Assembly: GCA_038496445.1 (NCBI GenBank)
Contig: JALMLS010000471.1
Coordinates: forward strand, 136,829-200,828
Direction of reading: 5' to 3'
Length of the DNA stretch: 64,000 nucleotides
Source: Trichosphaerium sp. ATCC 40318
Lineage: Eukaryota > Protista > Tubulinea
Positions 1-12,849 of the stretch are shown piece after piece (positions within the stretch are counted from its first letter, which is position 1; the number at the start of each line of letters is the position of its first letter). A program made the translations under genes and the position numbers. Under the pieces are notes generated by a model. It did no database searches, was not told where the DNA came from, and saw nothing but the letters and a program-made list of their open reading frames with translations.

Positions 1-9
1 TTTGTATAT

Positions 10-585
10 CTAACCAATACTGTTTGGGAACCTCAATTGAATCTTGGAGTAATTACCAAGTCCATTTTCTTCAACTGTTTTGACAAAGTCAAGAGTCTTT
101 TTCATTCCATTTTTATCGACTCCCCAGAGCTTTTGAGCCTTTGCGTTACCTAACAAGAAGTGTTAGAATCATCGTAAGACCTTTTTAGAGTTTGTAGAGT
201 TGCAAACGTTCACAATCTTTGATTTTGAGCTAAAAACGTACCAGTTTGCTCTATTAGTTTATCTACAACGATTTGCATCGGGTCCTGTGGGGAAACGCGT
301 ACTTTGTATGTAGCGGACGTTTGCCATTTTGTTGCAGCGAAAGCTGTAACACAGAGTTAGATTACGCGTTTCTGATGCGTTTTGCAAAGAAAGAAGCTGT
401 TAAAGAGCGAACAAGGTAAAAACACCATAAACCACGTAGTAACAACAACGTACGTGCAGCCCATCCACACTGAACGCTAAGAAGAACCTCTGGTTTTCCG
501 TCTGTCCTGGTCTCTGTATTAGCACCATTCGAAGCTACAGTATAAAAGGGTACTCGTGCCTGTATGATGCAGAGCCAAGATCCAT
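10..585 (-). CDS. Small multi-exon protein with possible ubiquitin-like fold; 5' end uncertain
   Basis: GT-AG splicing gives ...ATYKVRVSPQDPMQIVVDKLIEQTGNAKAQKLWGVDKNGMKKTLDFVKTVEENGLGNYSKIQLRFPNSIG* with the stop at 10-12. I could not join the ATG at 585 in frame. Confidence 0.4.
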
Positions 586-933
586 TGTTGTTTCTTTTAC
601 AAGTTAATTGGTCTTGTTTTCGCCCAAATCTGCGAAAATTCGTCTTTTTTCACTACATTTCTGACGTGTGACCACTAGTGCGAACTGTCACGCCTCCAAT
701 CAATCCCAAGTATTTACTACAGTCAACAAGCATTGTCTGATACAATACGCGCCTTTTTTTCAACGTCTCGCGAATATTCGGCTGAAACTCTTAATTTCTA
801 CTCTATTATCCCTCAGAGCTAGTTTCCTAACGTATACTTGCGCAACACAAAATAAACAAACTTTAAGTGTTCACTGAAAAGAATTGACACAAGTGTCAAG
901 TTCGATTGTTTCATAAATCGTTGGCAGCCACAC

Positions 934-1698
934 ATGATGAACGTACCTAATGAAGTTTGGTATGCTATAATACACACTATAGATGATAAAGAAACACTAT
1001 TGGCTTCAGAAAAAGCTTGTACAGTCTTCTACGATGCTTCCAATTGCAGCTCTTTTTGGCAAAAGCACTTTTTCGAAAAAAGAGAGAAATCAACTCTTTT
1101 TTGGTCACTGCCTACAGCTAAACCCAACAAAGACGAAACATGGCGTGGATTATTTATTAGAACAAATAAAACCGAATGTGTTAAAAGATACAGCAATGCT
1201 CATGGACTTACACGTATTCCAATTGAACAAAAGGACATGCCATATTTTTTTCAGGCATATGAACTCATTCTGCCTTTCAACCATCGAGTAAACTTTACCT
1301 ATATGGAAGTATATAGTTTTTCCTATGCCAATGGACAACTAATGGATTCATTAACACACCTGACAATCGTGGTATTGTCACTACGAGCAAAAAAAAAGTG
1401 TTCAAAATTGACAATCGATTCAACTTTACAAGATATAACAATAGCTTATAAAGAATATCACGATGAAATAGTACCTGCACTTCACTTAATTTTAAAGGCG
1501 TTTGAAAGGAAAAGAGGCAATTCACGTGGTACAAACTGTGAGAAACAATCCTTGTTCGAAACAGGATATCATATATTTATCGCAATATTAAGAAGTTTGT
1601 TCCCAACTACAATCTTTGGTAGTGATGTTGTTCTTGATGATTTTTCTGAGTATGCGATTGTACCTATACCGGAATTGATACCCCTCTCAAAGCCATAG
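934..1698 (+). CDS. Intronless F-box domain protein
   Basis: 254-aa ORF; N-terminal NVPNEVWYAIIHTID...LLASEKACTVFYDASNCSSFWQKHF fits the F-box pattern. Confidence 0.7.
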   Translation: MMNVPNEVWYAIIHTIDDKETLLASEKACTVFYDASNCSSFWQKHFFEKREKSTLFWSLPTAKPNKDETWRGLFIRTNKTECVKRYSNAHGLTRIPIEQKDMPYFFQAYELILPFNHRVNFTYMEVYSFSYANGQLMDSLTHLTIVVLSLRAKKKCSKLTIDSTLQDITIAYKEYHDEIVPALHLILKAFERKRGNSRGTNCEKQSLFETGYHIFIAILRSLFPTTIFGSDVVLDDFSEYAIVPIPELIPLSKP

Positions 1699-2172
1699 AT
1701 GATAAACCATTTTCTGAACATAAAGAGAAGAAGTTGTAGAAATAAAAACCAATAACATTTATTCACATGCACTAAGTACCACAAGTACTGTTATTAGCAG
1801 TTACCAGCAAGAAAGTTCACTATTTAGCAGCTAATTTTGTTTCACAACGGATTTAAAACAGAGCACCAAAAACGTGAAGCTACGAACTTCAGCCCAAAGT
1901 GTTAAAGGCATTTGAACCCTTCCCATCCTTTGAAGAATAAATAAAGAAGTAGCAATCCTGTGGCTTACATCTTCTTTTTACTGTTTACCCACAAATAATC
2001 CTTATTACAATGATATATATAAGGAAGTATGGTTTATTTAGATACAAGTTATTATGGCTTCTCTTTTAGGGTTTATTTTCGATCATTTCAGATATTTGAA
2101 AAGGAGTTTTAATAAAATCCTTTGATGGTCCTCCCTACGCAACAGTGTTATTCTCCACAGGGACTATAGACT

Positions 2173-5100
2173 TTATTTGTCTTTTCTTTGGTTGATTGAA
2201 GCTCTTAGCAAGGTTTGTTCTCTTTGTGTGGTTGAGTTTCTACAAAGAGTTAAAAGACATCCTGAGGAATACAGGCTTTTTTTTTGAACAAGAAGACATA
2301 CTTGTTGAGTGTCGTATAAGACTTTCTGTGTTGATATAGTTCCTATCCATTCATCTCTTAGTTTTTTATTTGGTGTATGAAATACTTCAACTGCATGACC
2401 ACTAAAGTTGGACAGGCAAAGACCATGCACTATACAATACTTAGTATTTTAAATTTGTTTTTTTACGGAATTAAAATTGTTTTGGGTTGCGTACTGTAGT
2501 CTTTGTTCGTTCTGGTATTCAGGGCAGATGTCTCTTTCATACTATAATTTACGTCAATAGTTGTTACAAGGGGAAAAGACAAAAAAGTATTGGACGAGGA
2601 GTGAAATTACTATCTCTCTAAAATGTTGGCTAAATTGCCATTTTTTGAAAGACTGTACCGACTGGTAGTACGTCAGTTTTTGTAAAAAAAAATTGATTTA
2701 AAGTATCCTCTGCTTTTGTAAATGAAGTCATGACCTTGAGGTACAAGATATTCTTACTGAGGTGTTTCAAGGAAAATGTTCTAAAATACCAAAAGAGTTT
2801 TTTTTTTTTCAAAATCACGTGCTTATGAAGCGCCAGTCGACTTTTTTCTACCAATAGATCTTTCCCACGACGTGTTCCCCATACAATCAGGTCGTTAAAT
2901 AAAATTAATGTACACTATAATCCTAATATTAGAAACGGAATTCAAAGGAAGAAAAAAATAATAAGATACAGTGCTGTTTTTGACGAAGTTTGTACCTCTG
3001 AAAATTCATCTAAGTTGTGTTTTTTCCTTTTTTTGTTTCCTTTTATCTCCTTTACTACTTTAGAATTCATAAAGAACTGTGCTTCTGAAATATAATATCG
3101 GCCAAGGTTCAAGAACGACTTTGTCTAAAAATTTGCTTCAGAAAAAAAAGATTGCACGTAATCACATAAAATGTGCTTAATCACGTTCTTGTCACGTGAT
3201 AACCCAAATTTACCTTTGGTACAAATCGTTCGTATATACTTTGAACCATCTCCTTAGCATCATGCTCTCGTTTCTTTTCGTTAATGTACTCAGCAATTTC
3301 AGATACAGCAGAAAACGCGTTTTCAAGTGCAGTATGATGTTCACTTGGCTTTGGTGTATGCTTTAAAATCTCCTTAAGGGATTCAATGAGATCAATAAAT
3401 ATTTAATAATATAGCGGGTACTTGTAGTAGTAATGTGTATCGAGGAATCCGCTACATGAATGTCAGAAGAGGCGCCAACGGAAGTTAAAACAAAAAAATT
3501 TAAAAAAAATTTCGCAACAAACGTTTATATTATCCATAAATAATGTATCAGTACTAATACTTACTTGAACAGGTTGTATTAAAAAATCCTTGATATCTTT
3601 TTTTTTCGCTCTGGGTTCTCTCTTGGAGTTCTAATCAAAAAAGAGTTAAGCTGATGAGTTAAAAAAAAAAGAAAAAAATAACTTGTTTGTATGTACCGCA
3701 ATGAAATCCCTAAAAAACGTATTCTTGGTCAAAGATTGTCCCAAAGCTGCATCTGCGCGATCAAAGTGATTAACATAATCAATATATAACTTCATAGAAG
3801 GAACCTACAGTTCAATCAATACTAAACTAAAACGTCGAAAAAAAAAGACCGAATAATTCCTATCAAGGTTTTTGATTTTACGTCGCGCAATAACGTACAT
3901 AACGAGCAAAAATGGCAGGAACACGTTTCTCTAAGTCATGATCACTATGTGCTGCCGACATATCATAAAGTAATCCCTTATTCAAGGAGTATATTGGTTC
4001 AAACCCATAAAATATCGTTTCGACAGTATCATCAGAAATAGACCTTGGGCCAACCCCTGGGAAATGTTTCGCGGCTAAATTGTAACTAAATAAGTGCACG
4101 TGTGCCTAATCCATACATACCCTTTAACGGGAGATAGTATAACTATAAATCAAGTGAGAACAAAATTGTATTTTCCTCAAACAAAAAAAACAATAAAATA
4201 ATTTTGTTTAAGTTGAAAAAAAAAGGCCTTACCTCTCTCAGTAGCGTCAAATCATTAAAATAAGTCGTCTCTGTCTTTAATAACTCTGATAATATTTGTT
4301 TCCTCTTATCAGCATCTCTAATTTTAACATCAATACGCAATGCTTAACCCTCTAAGGTGAAGAATAACTTTGAAAAAAAAAACGTTACAAACTGCACACA
4401 AATGATCATACTTTTGTTTTTCTTCTTCAGTTTGAGGGTTTGGAACAACTTTTGATGCTCTTGTCGGATTGATACTAGTTCTCATTGTAACATTGCTTGA
4501 ACGCCCTCTGCTCTTTCTTAAGCCACCCTGCTTCCGTGCAGAATTCGCAGTTAATGATTCTTCATCTTTTTTATCCTCACCTTTTACAAGCGCGACTAAC
4601 TGCTTTGCTATAATAAATACTCGACGCATTGATACCTAAAGTACATTAAAAGAATATACACAACCAATACAACAATAGATTACGTGCCCCACACGTTTCC
4701 CTTTTGAAAAAAAAAATCAAAAAAAAAAAAAAAAGCAGAAAATCGATATTGTTTTGACGGTTTTATTCATCACGTGATTTATCACGTGGTATGGGTATAG
4801 TTTTTAAAAAATAATAATATCACTGTACGTCAAGAATTTGTGAGCTGTCTGGTGTTGCGACGCTAGCTGTAGCAAATAATCGCTCTCTACTCCGTTGTAT
4901 TATACGAATCGTAGTTTGCTTTAAAAACTCTCAGCAAAGTGAATACACTACAAAAAAAAAAAACTTGGTTTCGTACTCTAAGGTTTGTTTCAAGTCTTGA
5001 AGCATCACTTCTAGCATAGTTAGCATCTATACCCTTCATCCTATGGCTTAGATTCTGAAATTGCTTTAAATAATCTGCTGCTTCTTTTGCTGTTTTAATA

Positions 5101-5255
5101 ACAGTGGTCTTAGCATCTTCTTCAGGTTCTGTTGATATCGTTATTTGGTACAGCTTGTTCGTTAGCGTTATTAATCTATGTATACACTTTAAGAATTGCC
5201 CTCTAGCATCGCTAGTGGGTGGTTGACGAATTGGAGATGGTTCAAAGCTCGCCAT
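2173..5255 (-). CDS. Multi-exon Dbl-homology (DH-PH) Rho guanine nucleotide exchange factor
   Basis: Exons encode RKQILSELLKTETTYFNDL (DH CR1), DFLIQPVQ/RIPRYTLLLQ-EILKHTP (DH CR3) and IAEYINEKKRE, followed by a PH-like region (LILFNDLIVWG ... RDEWIGTI). Confidence 0.85.
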
Positions 5256-5796
5256 GACGGGTTACACCCACGTGGGGGCAGGAATGATTATGAAGAACAT
5301 TTTTACGTTGAACCAAAACGACAATAGCAACACGACCTCGATGCTCATGGCAACGTATAAGGGCCTTGTAATACTACTACGTTGAATATCACGCATGAGT
5401 GCTAGTAGATCTTTTTAAACACCTGTAGGAGCCATAAAATACGTAATCTCCGCTACAAAACAGCGAACTACTTATTTCTAAAATAGGCTCAAGCACGTGT
5501 CATAAGTGACAAAAAAGAATGCGCTAGAACGCTAGTTAGCGATTGGACACCTCGTTAATACATCTCCAAACAAATTACGGCATATATACAGCGTACAACC
5601 GCGTGTTCTTTACGCAAGTGAAAAAAAGCGGAAAAACTGTTTGACAAGCCATTTTATCTTTAATTGTTTTTTTACATGGGTAAAAGACTATTTTCATGGT
5701 ACAGTAACGTAAATGCACCGCAAAGGCGCTGAATAAAAAAATTCTTCAATTTGCGATTACTCATCGTGTATCGCCTGGTTTAATACTCCAAATGGT

Positions 5797-7130
5797 TTAA
5801 ACACCCATGTGTGTTGTCTAGCATAAAGTGTTAATCAATTACAACAACTACATTCCAAACAAAAAGAAAATGCCTTTTAGGCTTGCAAAACCACGTTTAG
5901 TACGTACCCAATCTCTCTCACGTTGCCCCACGAAGGCTTTAGGTTCAGTAGTGCCTTGTTTTGTAAAGTCCTTATCAGCATAAATAAGTTGGTACATAGC
6001 CTCCCTAACGTTAGGGTACACCACGTCATGAATAAACTGAAGTTCTAGAGGTGGGAACTTGTTGTATAAGAATAATTTGTCCCAATGATGTTCATACATC
6101 TCTAAAGTGACTCGTTAACGAACAGAAGAACCAGAAGACAAGAAAGAAGTGGCAATCGGCCTGTTTGAAAGAATGACGAGAGAAAAAAAAAGAAGCACGT
6201 AAACGGAAGGCTTCTACGTACGGTAAGAGTCCATTACGTGATCTGGGTTTAGATGGTTTTTACCTTGACCAACGCCAATATTCAAGTAAACAACACCCTA
6301 TCAGAACAGTGTTTAATGGAAAAAGTGTCAAATGAAGAAATGTTTTCAAAAACACTTCTAGATGCGCTTACGTCTTTACCAAATGCCCCACCAGTATCGC
6401 TACGCTCAGCACGAGCCTGTAGGGACTTATTGACGTGTCTAAGTAAAAAAAAACGTTATTAGCTTGAACACCTTCTGTTTGAAGATCTAGCGCTTACGTT
6501 GTGCCGTTAGAAATGAGTACTTCGCCAAGAGGTATGCTGTGATCATGTACAAGCCAGACATTTCTTGATTTTGTTTGATCTGAGTATTTTGAAAAAGCGC
6601 CTCTATGAGTTCTCTCTAAATCTCTCATCGAGTGGTACATTGAACGCGACTAGTGAAATTAGAGAAAGGCAATTATCGTTGTATGGTCCTGTTGAAGGCC
6701 TGGGAACGCTTTTAACTTGTTTTTTATACGTACAAGCACATAGTCGGGTGTTTCAGCGTATTGAAGGCAATTCTTTTGGTCGTCAACCCAAGAGAGGTTG
6801 TGGTCCCTATGGAAGTTATATTATAGCGTTGGATGTGCTACAAACGCACTTTGTGAAGAGATCAGCAACATAGTGCCCAATACTATGGCGCGAGCGTGGG
6901 TATACATAAGAGCCTATTCCAATAAACTAATATGACTAGTAAGCTCCCAACGTTTTCTATAAACTTACGCAAACACGGGTTCTAGCACCAACTTTCAATG
7001 GATAACGCGCATGCGGGTGTGGGATAGTACGTGCAATATTGATGTACTTTGGAATTGATTTCAAAGCACCTGGAGGTGCTGGTGGTTGATTGTCCAACAT
7101 CGAGTTTCTAAGTATACGAGAAACACGCAT
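5797..7130 (-). CDS. Divergent peptidyl-tRNA hydrolase (Pth1)-like protein, probably mitochondrial
   Basis: The spliced product starts MRVSRILRNS (presequence-like). It contains FIGIGSYVYPRSRHSIGHYVAD, VWLVHDHSIPLGEV and VVYLNIGVG, colinear with the Pth motifs VGLGNPG..Y..TRHNIG, LVVHDDLDLPLG and RLRIGIG. The 3' exon is uncertain. Confidence 0.6.
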
Positions 7131-7289
7131 GGTGAGCTATTGGTGAATACCGACAAGAAATACATTTGTTGACTTTTCTGACACAGCAAAACGTGTATTT
7201 AACACAGCCAGTCAGCATTTTACGACGGTACATATTCGTATCACGTAGTACAAAGCACGCGGCGCTCTATAAATTTTAAAACCAATAAA

Positions 7290-10200
7290 ATGCGCCCAGC
7301 AATGCTTTCACAGTATATTATTGCTGTTTCCCTTGTTTTCCTAGTTGCCTTGCCCTCATGTCTTGGTAATGACGCTGTACACTGCAGGTACGCGTAAACG
7401 CATTTTCTCGCTTACTTAGACGTCTAGTGGATTTGTCAGACCTTCTAAAGATGTACAAGCGTACGTTTTGTTAAACTTTACAAAACCTCATCTAAAACTA
7501 GCGCCTTGAGCGAGAAAATTGACTTCTCGACTGTTCAAGTACATTTGAAAACGTTATTGGGAAAAATCAAGTATTCAACTGAGTGTGCGCCTAATGGGTA
7601 TTACATAATCCCTGTATACGACAGTGGCGATTACACAATAGAAGTAGAGTCTGAAGGGTGGAATTTTGGTACGTGGCGTTGCTCATCTCAATATATCCTG
7701 AAACGTTATTTCTCGCGTAAAAACAAACGCATACATCATTGCAGACTTTAATTATCAAGTATTGTTTGCTCCGCTCTTATTTTTTTAATATAGAGCCAAA
7801 CACTATGAAAATCGTAGTAGATGATACATGTAATGATGGCAAGCAAGCTAACTTTAAGCTCAACGGATTTTTCCTCCAAGGTTCCTTATCTCACGACTCA
7901 GCAACATGCAAAAACACTGTACGGAGACTTACTGACATGATCAATTGTATTCAACGCGTTTTTACTGTCGGCTAAGCTCGTGTTGTCCCTTTTTTTTTAA
8001 AATGAATCAAAACCTCTAAAAATGCTTTAGAAAGGTGCTTTGGCTGATGTATCAACTCAATTCAACCTTAAAAAGGATAACAAAGTTCTACAAACAGTGA
8101 ACGTCAAAGAATCCGGTGAATTCGTTTTTAGCGACGTAGCGCCAGGCAAATACGTTGTTGAGGCTTCTCATCCTACCTACGCCTTTGAAAAATCAACCAT
8201 GGCTGTCACTCAAGACGTTGGAAGACAGACTATCGGTGGTTTTAAGATTACAGGATACCGTGTATCAGGACGTGTTCAAGAGTCTGGTAAACCAGTATCT
8301 AATGTCAATTTCCTTCTGTACACAAAAGAGAAAGGAAGAAAAGTATCTTGTACGCCTAAATTGGGTAAAACAGGTCTACCTTCTGATCTACCACCTTCAC
8401 CTGCATGCCGTGCTGTTTCAGGAAGTGATGGTACATTTTCTTTTGAAAGTGTTCCTTGTGGATCGTATTCTATCATCCCATACTACAAAGGTACTTTGAG
8501 AGTTGCTTTTTTTTTTTTTGGATTTTGGTGCGAAGTTTGTTGTTGACCTTTTATTGTGTTAGGTGATAGCACTACATTTGATGTAGTACCAAAAAATCTT
8601 GTTATTAATGTTGATAAAAAGTCTGTTGCTATTGAAGATGACTTTAAAGTTGAAGGGTATGACTAAGAAGTAATTTTTTTACATTTTTTTTTGATGCATT
8701 TCGAAAAAAAGTTTTTTGCTTCGCTTTGCCGTGTCTTCGTTTGGGTTCTTTGTGTTGTTTGTGTTTACTCTTGTTAATAGATTTTCTGTCACTGGTGTTG
8801 TATTAGATAATGATGGAAATGGTGTATCAGGTGTTAAAGTATCTCTATCTGGTGCACACAACGCTGTCACTAATGATAACGGGTAGGTTAAAATACCTTT
8901 TTACCTTTTTTATTGGCTATTCAAGAATAGCTTTAGTACCTCATATTTTGGTACATAAAATTGTGTTCTAACGTGTGAGTAGTGAATACAGACTTGAGAA
9001 GGTATCTTCAGGAAACTACGATCTCACTGGAAGGTATTAAATCTCAATTTCTTCAAAAAACACTAAAATGCTGACTCTTTTTACCTTTTTAGCAAATCCA
9101 ACTATGAGTTCGCTGAGATAACTGATATTTTTGTCTCACCAAATAATCCTACTCCTCCAGCACTTCGTGTAGTAGAATATAAACTATGTGGACGTGTCAA
9201 GATCAAACAAGCGCCATCAACAGTAGAGAGCAATAATCGTATTGTTACTCTTTTGAACCTTACTTCTCCAAATCAAGACCAACAATTTCACTCTACAACT
9301 GATCCACATGGATACTATTGTTTCTCTGTGCCACCAGGCAGATATCAACTTCGTCCGATTATTGCAAAGGCCGAGAAAGAATCAGGACTTTTGTTGACAG
9401 CAACAACTTTGACTGTTGAAGTCACAAACAAACCTGTACTTAACGCCGACTTTGAGCAATCTCTACTTGGTGTTAGTGGTACTGTTGAATGTATCGAAGC
9501 GCCATGTGATCCAACTATATCTCTCAGCCTTCAAATGGTTGACAAAGATGTCGACTCTCGGTACTTACTTTTCTGTCAACTTTTTTTTGATTAATTTTTA
9601 TTTAGTGTAATTACTGGATTGAGTCCTGCTCTTGAAGGTAGCAGCAAAGTTTCTTACTTTACTTTCAAGGTATGATAATTTACAAATCACGATGTTTGAA
9701 ATCAATTATCACGTGATCTAACTTTTTTATAAAAGGATGTATTGCCTGGAACATATGTTGTAAAAGTAAACCAAAAATCATGGTGTTGGAAAAAAGAACA
9801 GATTCAAGTTGTCGTCAAGGATAATGATGTAACAAACTTATCTTTCCAACAAACTGGTTATGTACTATCTATCACTTCTCCACAAGATGTTAGCATGGTA
9901 TCAACAGTACAAGATCAACCTGATGCAAAGGAGAAAAAGAGCATCAAAAAGTATGTTGATTTTGGGATTTTACTCCTGACTCCTAACTCGACTCCTAACT
10001 CACGCTTTCTTTTTTTAGAGGACTCAACAAAGAGTGTTTGGCTAGACCTGGTATTTACAAGCTCAAACCTGAGGGTTGCTACAAGTTCCAAAAGGATGAC
10101 TTCACATACGATACAACGGATCCTAGACCAATTTCTTTGGTAGTAAAAGCATACAAGGTAACAGCAGCAAAGAAATTGTCTTTTTACACTCCAAAGTGAG

Positions 10201-12766
10201 CTTTCCCGTGAGACCAATTCTTTTAAAGATAACATGACCTTTTGTCAATAAGGAACAAGGCCCAAAATAGACACCATCTCGCATGTCTTGAATGAACACG
10301 TAACTTTTTTTTTTGGTTTCTTTTTTTTTTTGGAAAAGAAAAAATTATACGACGGCTTTTTCACGTTACTGTTTCTTTCTTTTTCTTTTGCTGTTACTTG
10401 AACTTCATAACCAGTATGGTCTTATTGTGGACTAACCTTTATCTACACAAACGTTATGACCTGCAAGTATACTAACTATGAATAGGTTGTTGGACATATC
10501 TTAGCTTCAGAGAAGAGTAAAGTGCCAATGACTGTCGATATTTACGATTTAAAGGGTAGTGATAAGGATATATCCGATGAATCTGTTCCTACTACAGTAG
10601 GTGTTACATATTCATCAAAAAAAGGAGATAGCTTCAAATATACATACACATTCTGGGCTTCTCTAAATGATAAGAAATTGGTTGTTCCAAAGCACAAAAC
10701 GTTCTTCTTTTATCCAAGAAACACAAGCATTGTCGTTGATAAAGAGTCATGCCCTGAACCTCTTACACCTACTGAAGCACGTCCTGGTCTTTATCTAACT
10801 GGTAAGATCATACCAGCGCTCAAGGACGTTAAGATCGATACATTCATATCTGATACTGAAGATCGTATTGCTGATACTGTAACAAGTGGTGAAGACGGTA
10901 AATATACTGTTGGACCTTTGTATGATGATAAAGAGTATACTGTTATTGCAACAAAGCCTGGGTACGACTTGAAACTCGACAAGAACAGGAACTTTATTGC
11001 ATCCAAGCTAGCAAGTGTTTCCGTCAAGGTAAGTCATAAACTTCTTCACTTTTTTTTTATTTAACTTTCGAAGTCATTGTCCTCGTTGTGCTTATGTTTG
11101 TTTTCTTTAGATTACAGAGGGTTCAGAACCTCTTGTAGGTGTATTAGTTTCTCTGAGTAGTGAGGATTACAGTAAGAATAGTAAAACTGATGAAACAGGA
11201 ACAGCATTTTTTGGTGATCTTGTTCCTAATGATTATTACATTGCACCTGTATTGAAGGAGTATTTATTCACTCCTAAAGGAAAGGTACGTAATTTCTTTC
11301 ATGTTCCATGGGTTTCAGAAGTAAACCTGCGGCATAAAGAATGGTGTCTTGTTTCGTTCATTTTTTTTTTCAATACCAAATACTTCATTTTCTTCTCGCT
11401 TATGTGATGTAGTCTGTTGATATTCAAGCTGGTCAAGATAGTGTAACAACTTTATCTGCTGAGCGTGTTGCATACAGTTGCTTTGGAAAGATCAGATCTT
11501 TGAATGGTGCAGCTGAGAAACGTGTACGGAATGAAACAAAAAAACTTGGATGGTAACTGTTTTGCTGATTTTTCTTGTTCTTTTTTAGGTTGTTGTTGCT
11601 GCTATTGGAACAAGCGATACTTCACTCTATGAAGAGACAGTCACTGACAATAACGGAACATATCGTATCCGTGGTTTGATGCCTGGTGAAACATACGATA
11701 TACAGATTTCTCCTTCTGTTAAACAAGTAGGTCTTTTTCTCTTTTTTTCTTTTTTTCTATTCAAGTTTTTCTTCGATGAGTCTGTCATTTCGTGTTTAAT
11801 GGTAATCCTTTTTTAGATTGAAAGAGCACAACCTAGTAAAAAAGAGGTTGTTGTATCAAAGGAGGATATAATGGATGTAGATTTTATTGCTTTTAGAAGA
11901 GTTAATAAGTATGATATCTCAGGACGTGTTTTCTTGAAGAATTATACTGCACGTCGAAGAAAAGATAATATTTGGGGTCAAGGTGAACATCTAGATTCTA
12001 TCAAAGTAGAGCTCTATAATAAAGATCAACAAGAGACTGTTGCTACTATTGATTTGGGACCATCAAACTACTTTCAGTTCACGTACGCCTATAGTGTTTT
12101 ATGTTTTGATTTTTTTTCTTCCTCCAAGAAGTCTTCGTTTTTCAATTCTTTCTAAAGCTTGCTTTCACCTACAATGCCATGTAAACATCTGGTAATGAGA
12201 ATAATTTTTATGAAACTTTGAATTTTATCTAACCAAATCACGTGTCAAGAAAAATATCGCCGTGAAAAGCCAAGCCGGACTTTTTTTTTTTTTTTTTTAC
12301 CTTCTTTTGTTCTTCTCTTATAATTTCTGTTGTAGTGCGCTTTCACCAAAAAAATATATTGTTCGTGTGACTTCATCATTATCAAAAATGCTTTATAATC
12401 ACAGCAGTGTTGATATCCAAATTGATGATCCAGAATGGCCAAGAACACATAATGATATCAACTTTTGGCTTGAACCTGTTGATACAGACCAAGAAATACC
12501 AACACAATCTTTATTTGGTGTTGTGTTTATTACATTCATCGGATTAGCATTCCTATCAGGACTCAATTTTTCAAAGGTAACCTCCAAAGCCCTAATTGGT
12601 CTTTTTTTTTTTTCCTTCATTCACTTTCTGTTTTTTTTCTTACAAACTTTCTCATCTTTAGGCTGCATCTATTCTTGGTAGTGGATTATGGCCAATATGG
12701 GGACAAGTAATGCGTTTATACAGGAATATTACAGGACAAAGAAGAAGGAGAAAAGGAAGGAGATAA
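7290..12766 (+). CDS. NOMO1: Nodal modulator (NOMO)-like ER membrane protein with many exons
   Basis: Signal peptide; YSTECAPNGYYIIPVYDSGDYTIEV matches the NOMO N-terminus; repeated prealbumin/carboxypeptidase-regulatory-like beta domains (e.g. YTVGPLYDDKEYTV); C-terminal TM segment and basic tail ending TAA at 12764-12766. Confidence 0.9.
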
Positions 12767-12849
12767 ACAAAAAAAACACGTGATATGAAAAATAAAAAAA
12801 AAATGTCAAAAAAACCCCTGTTGTAATAGTAACCTCCCTATTCTTTTCG

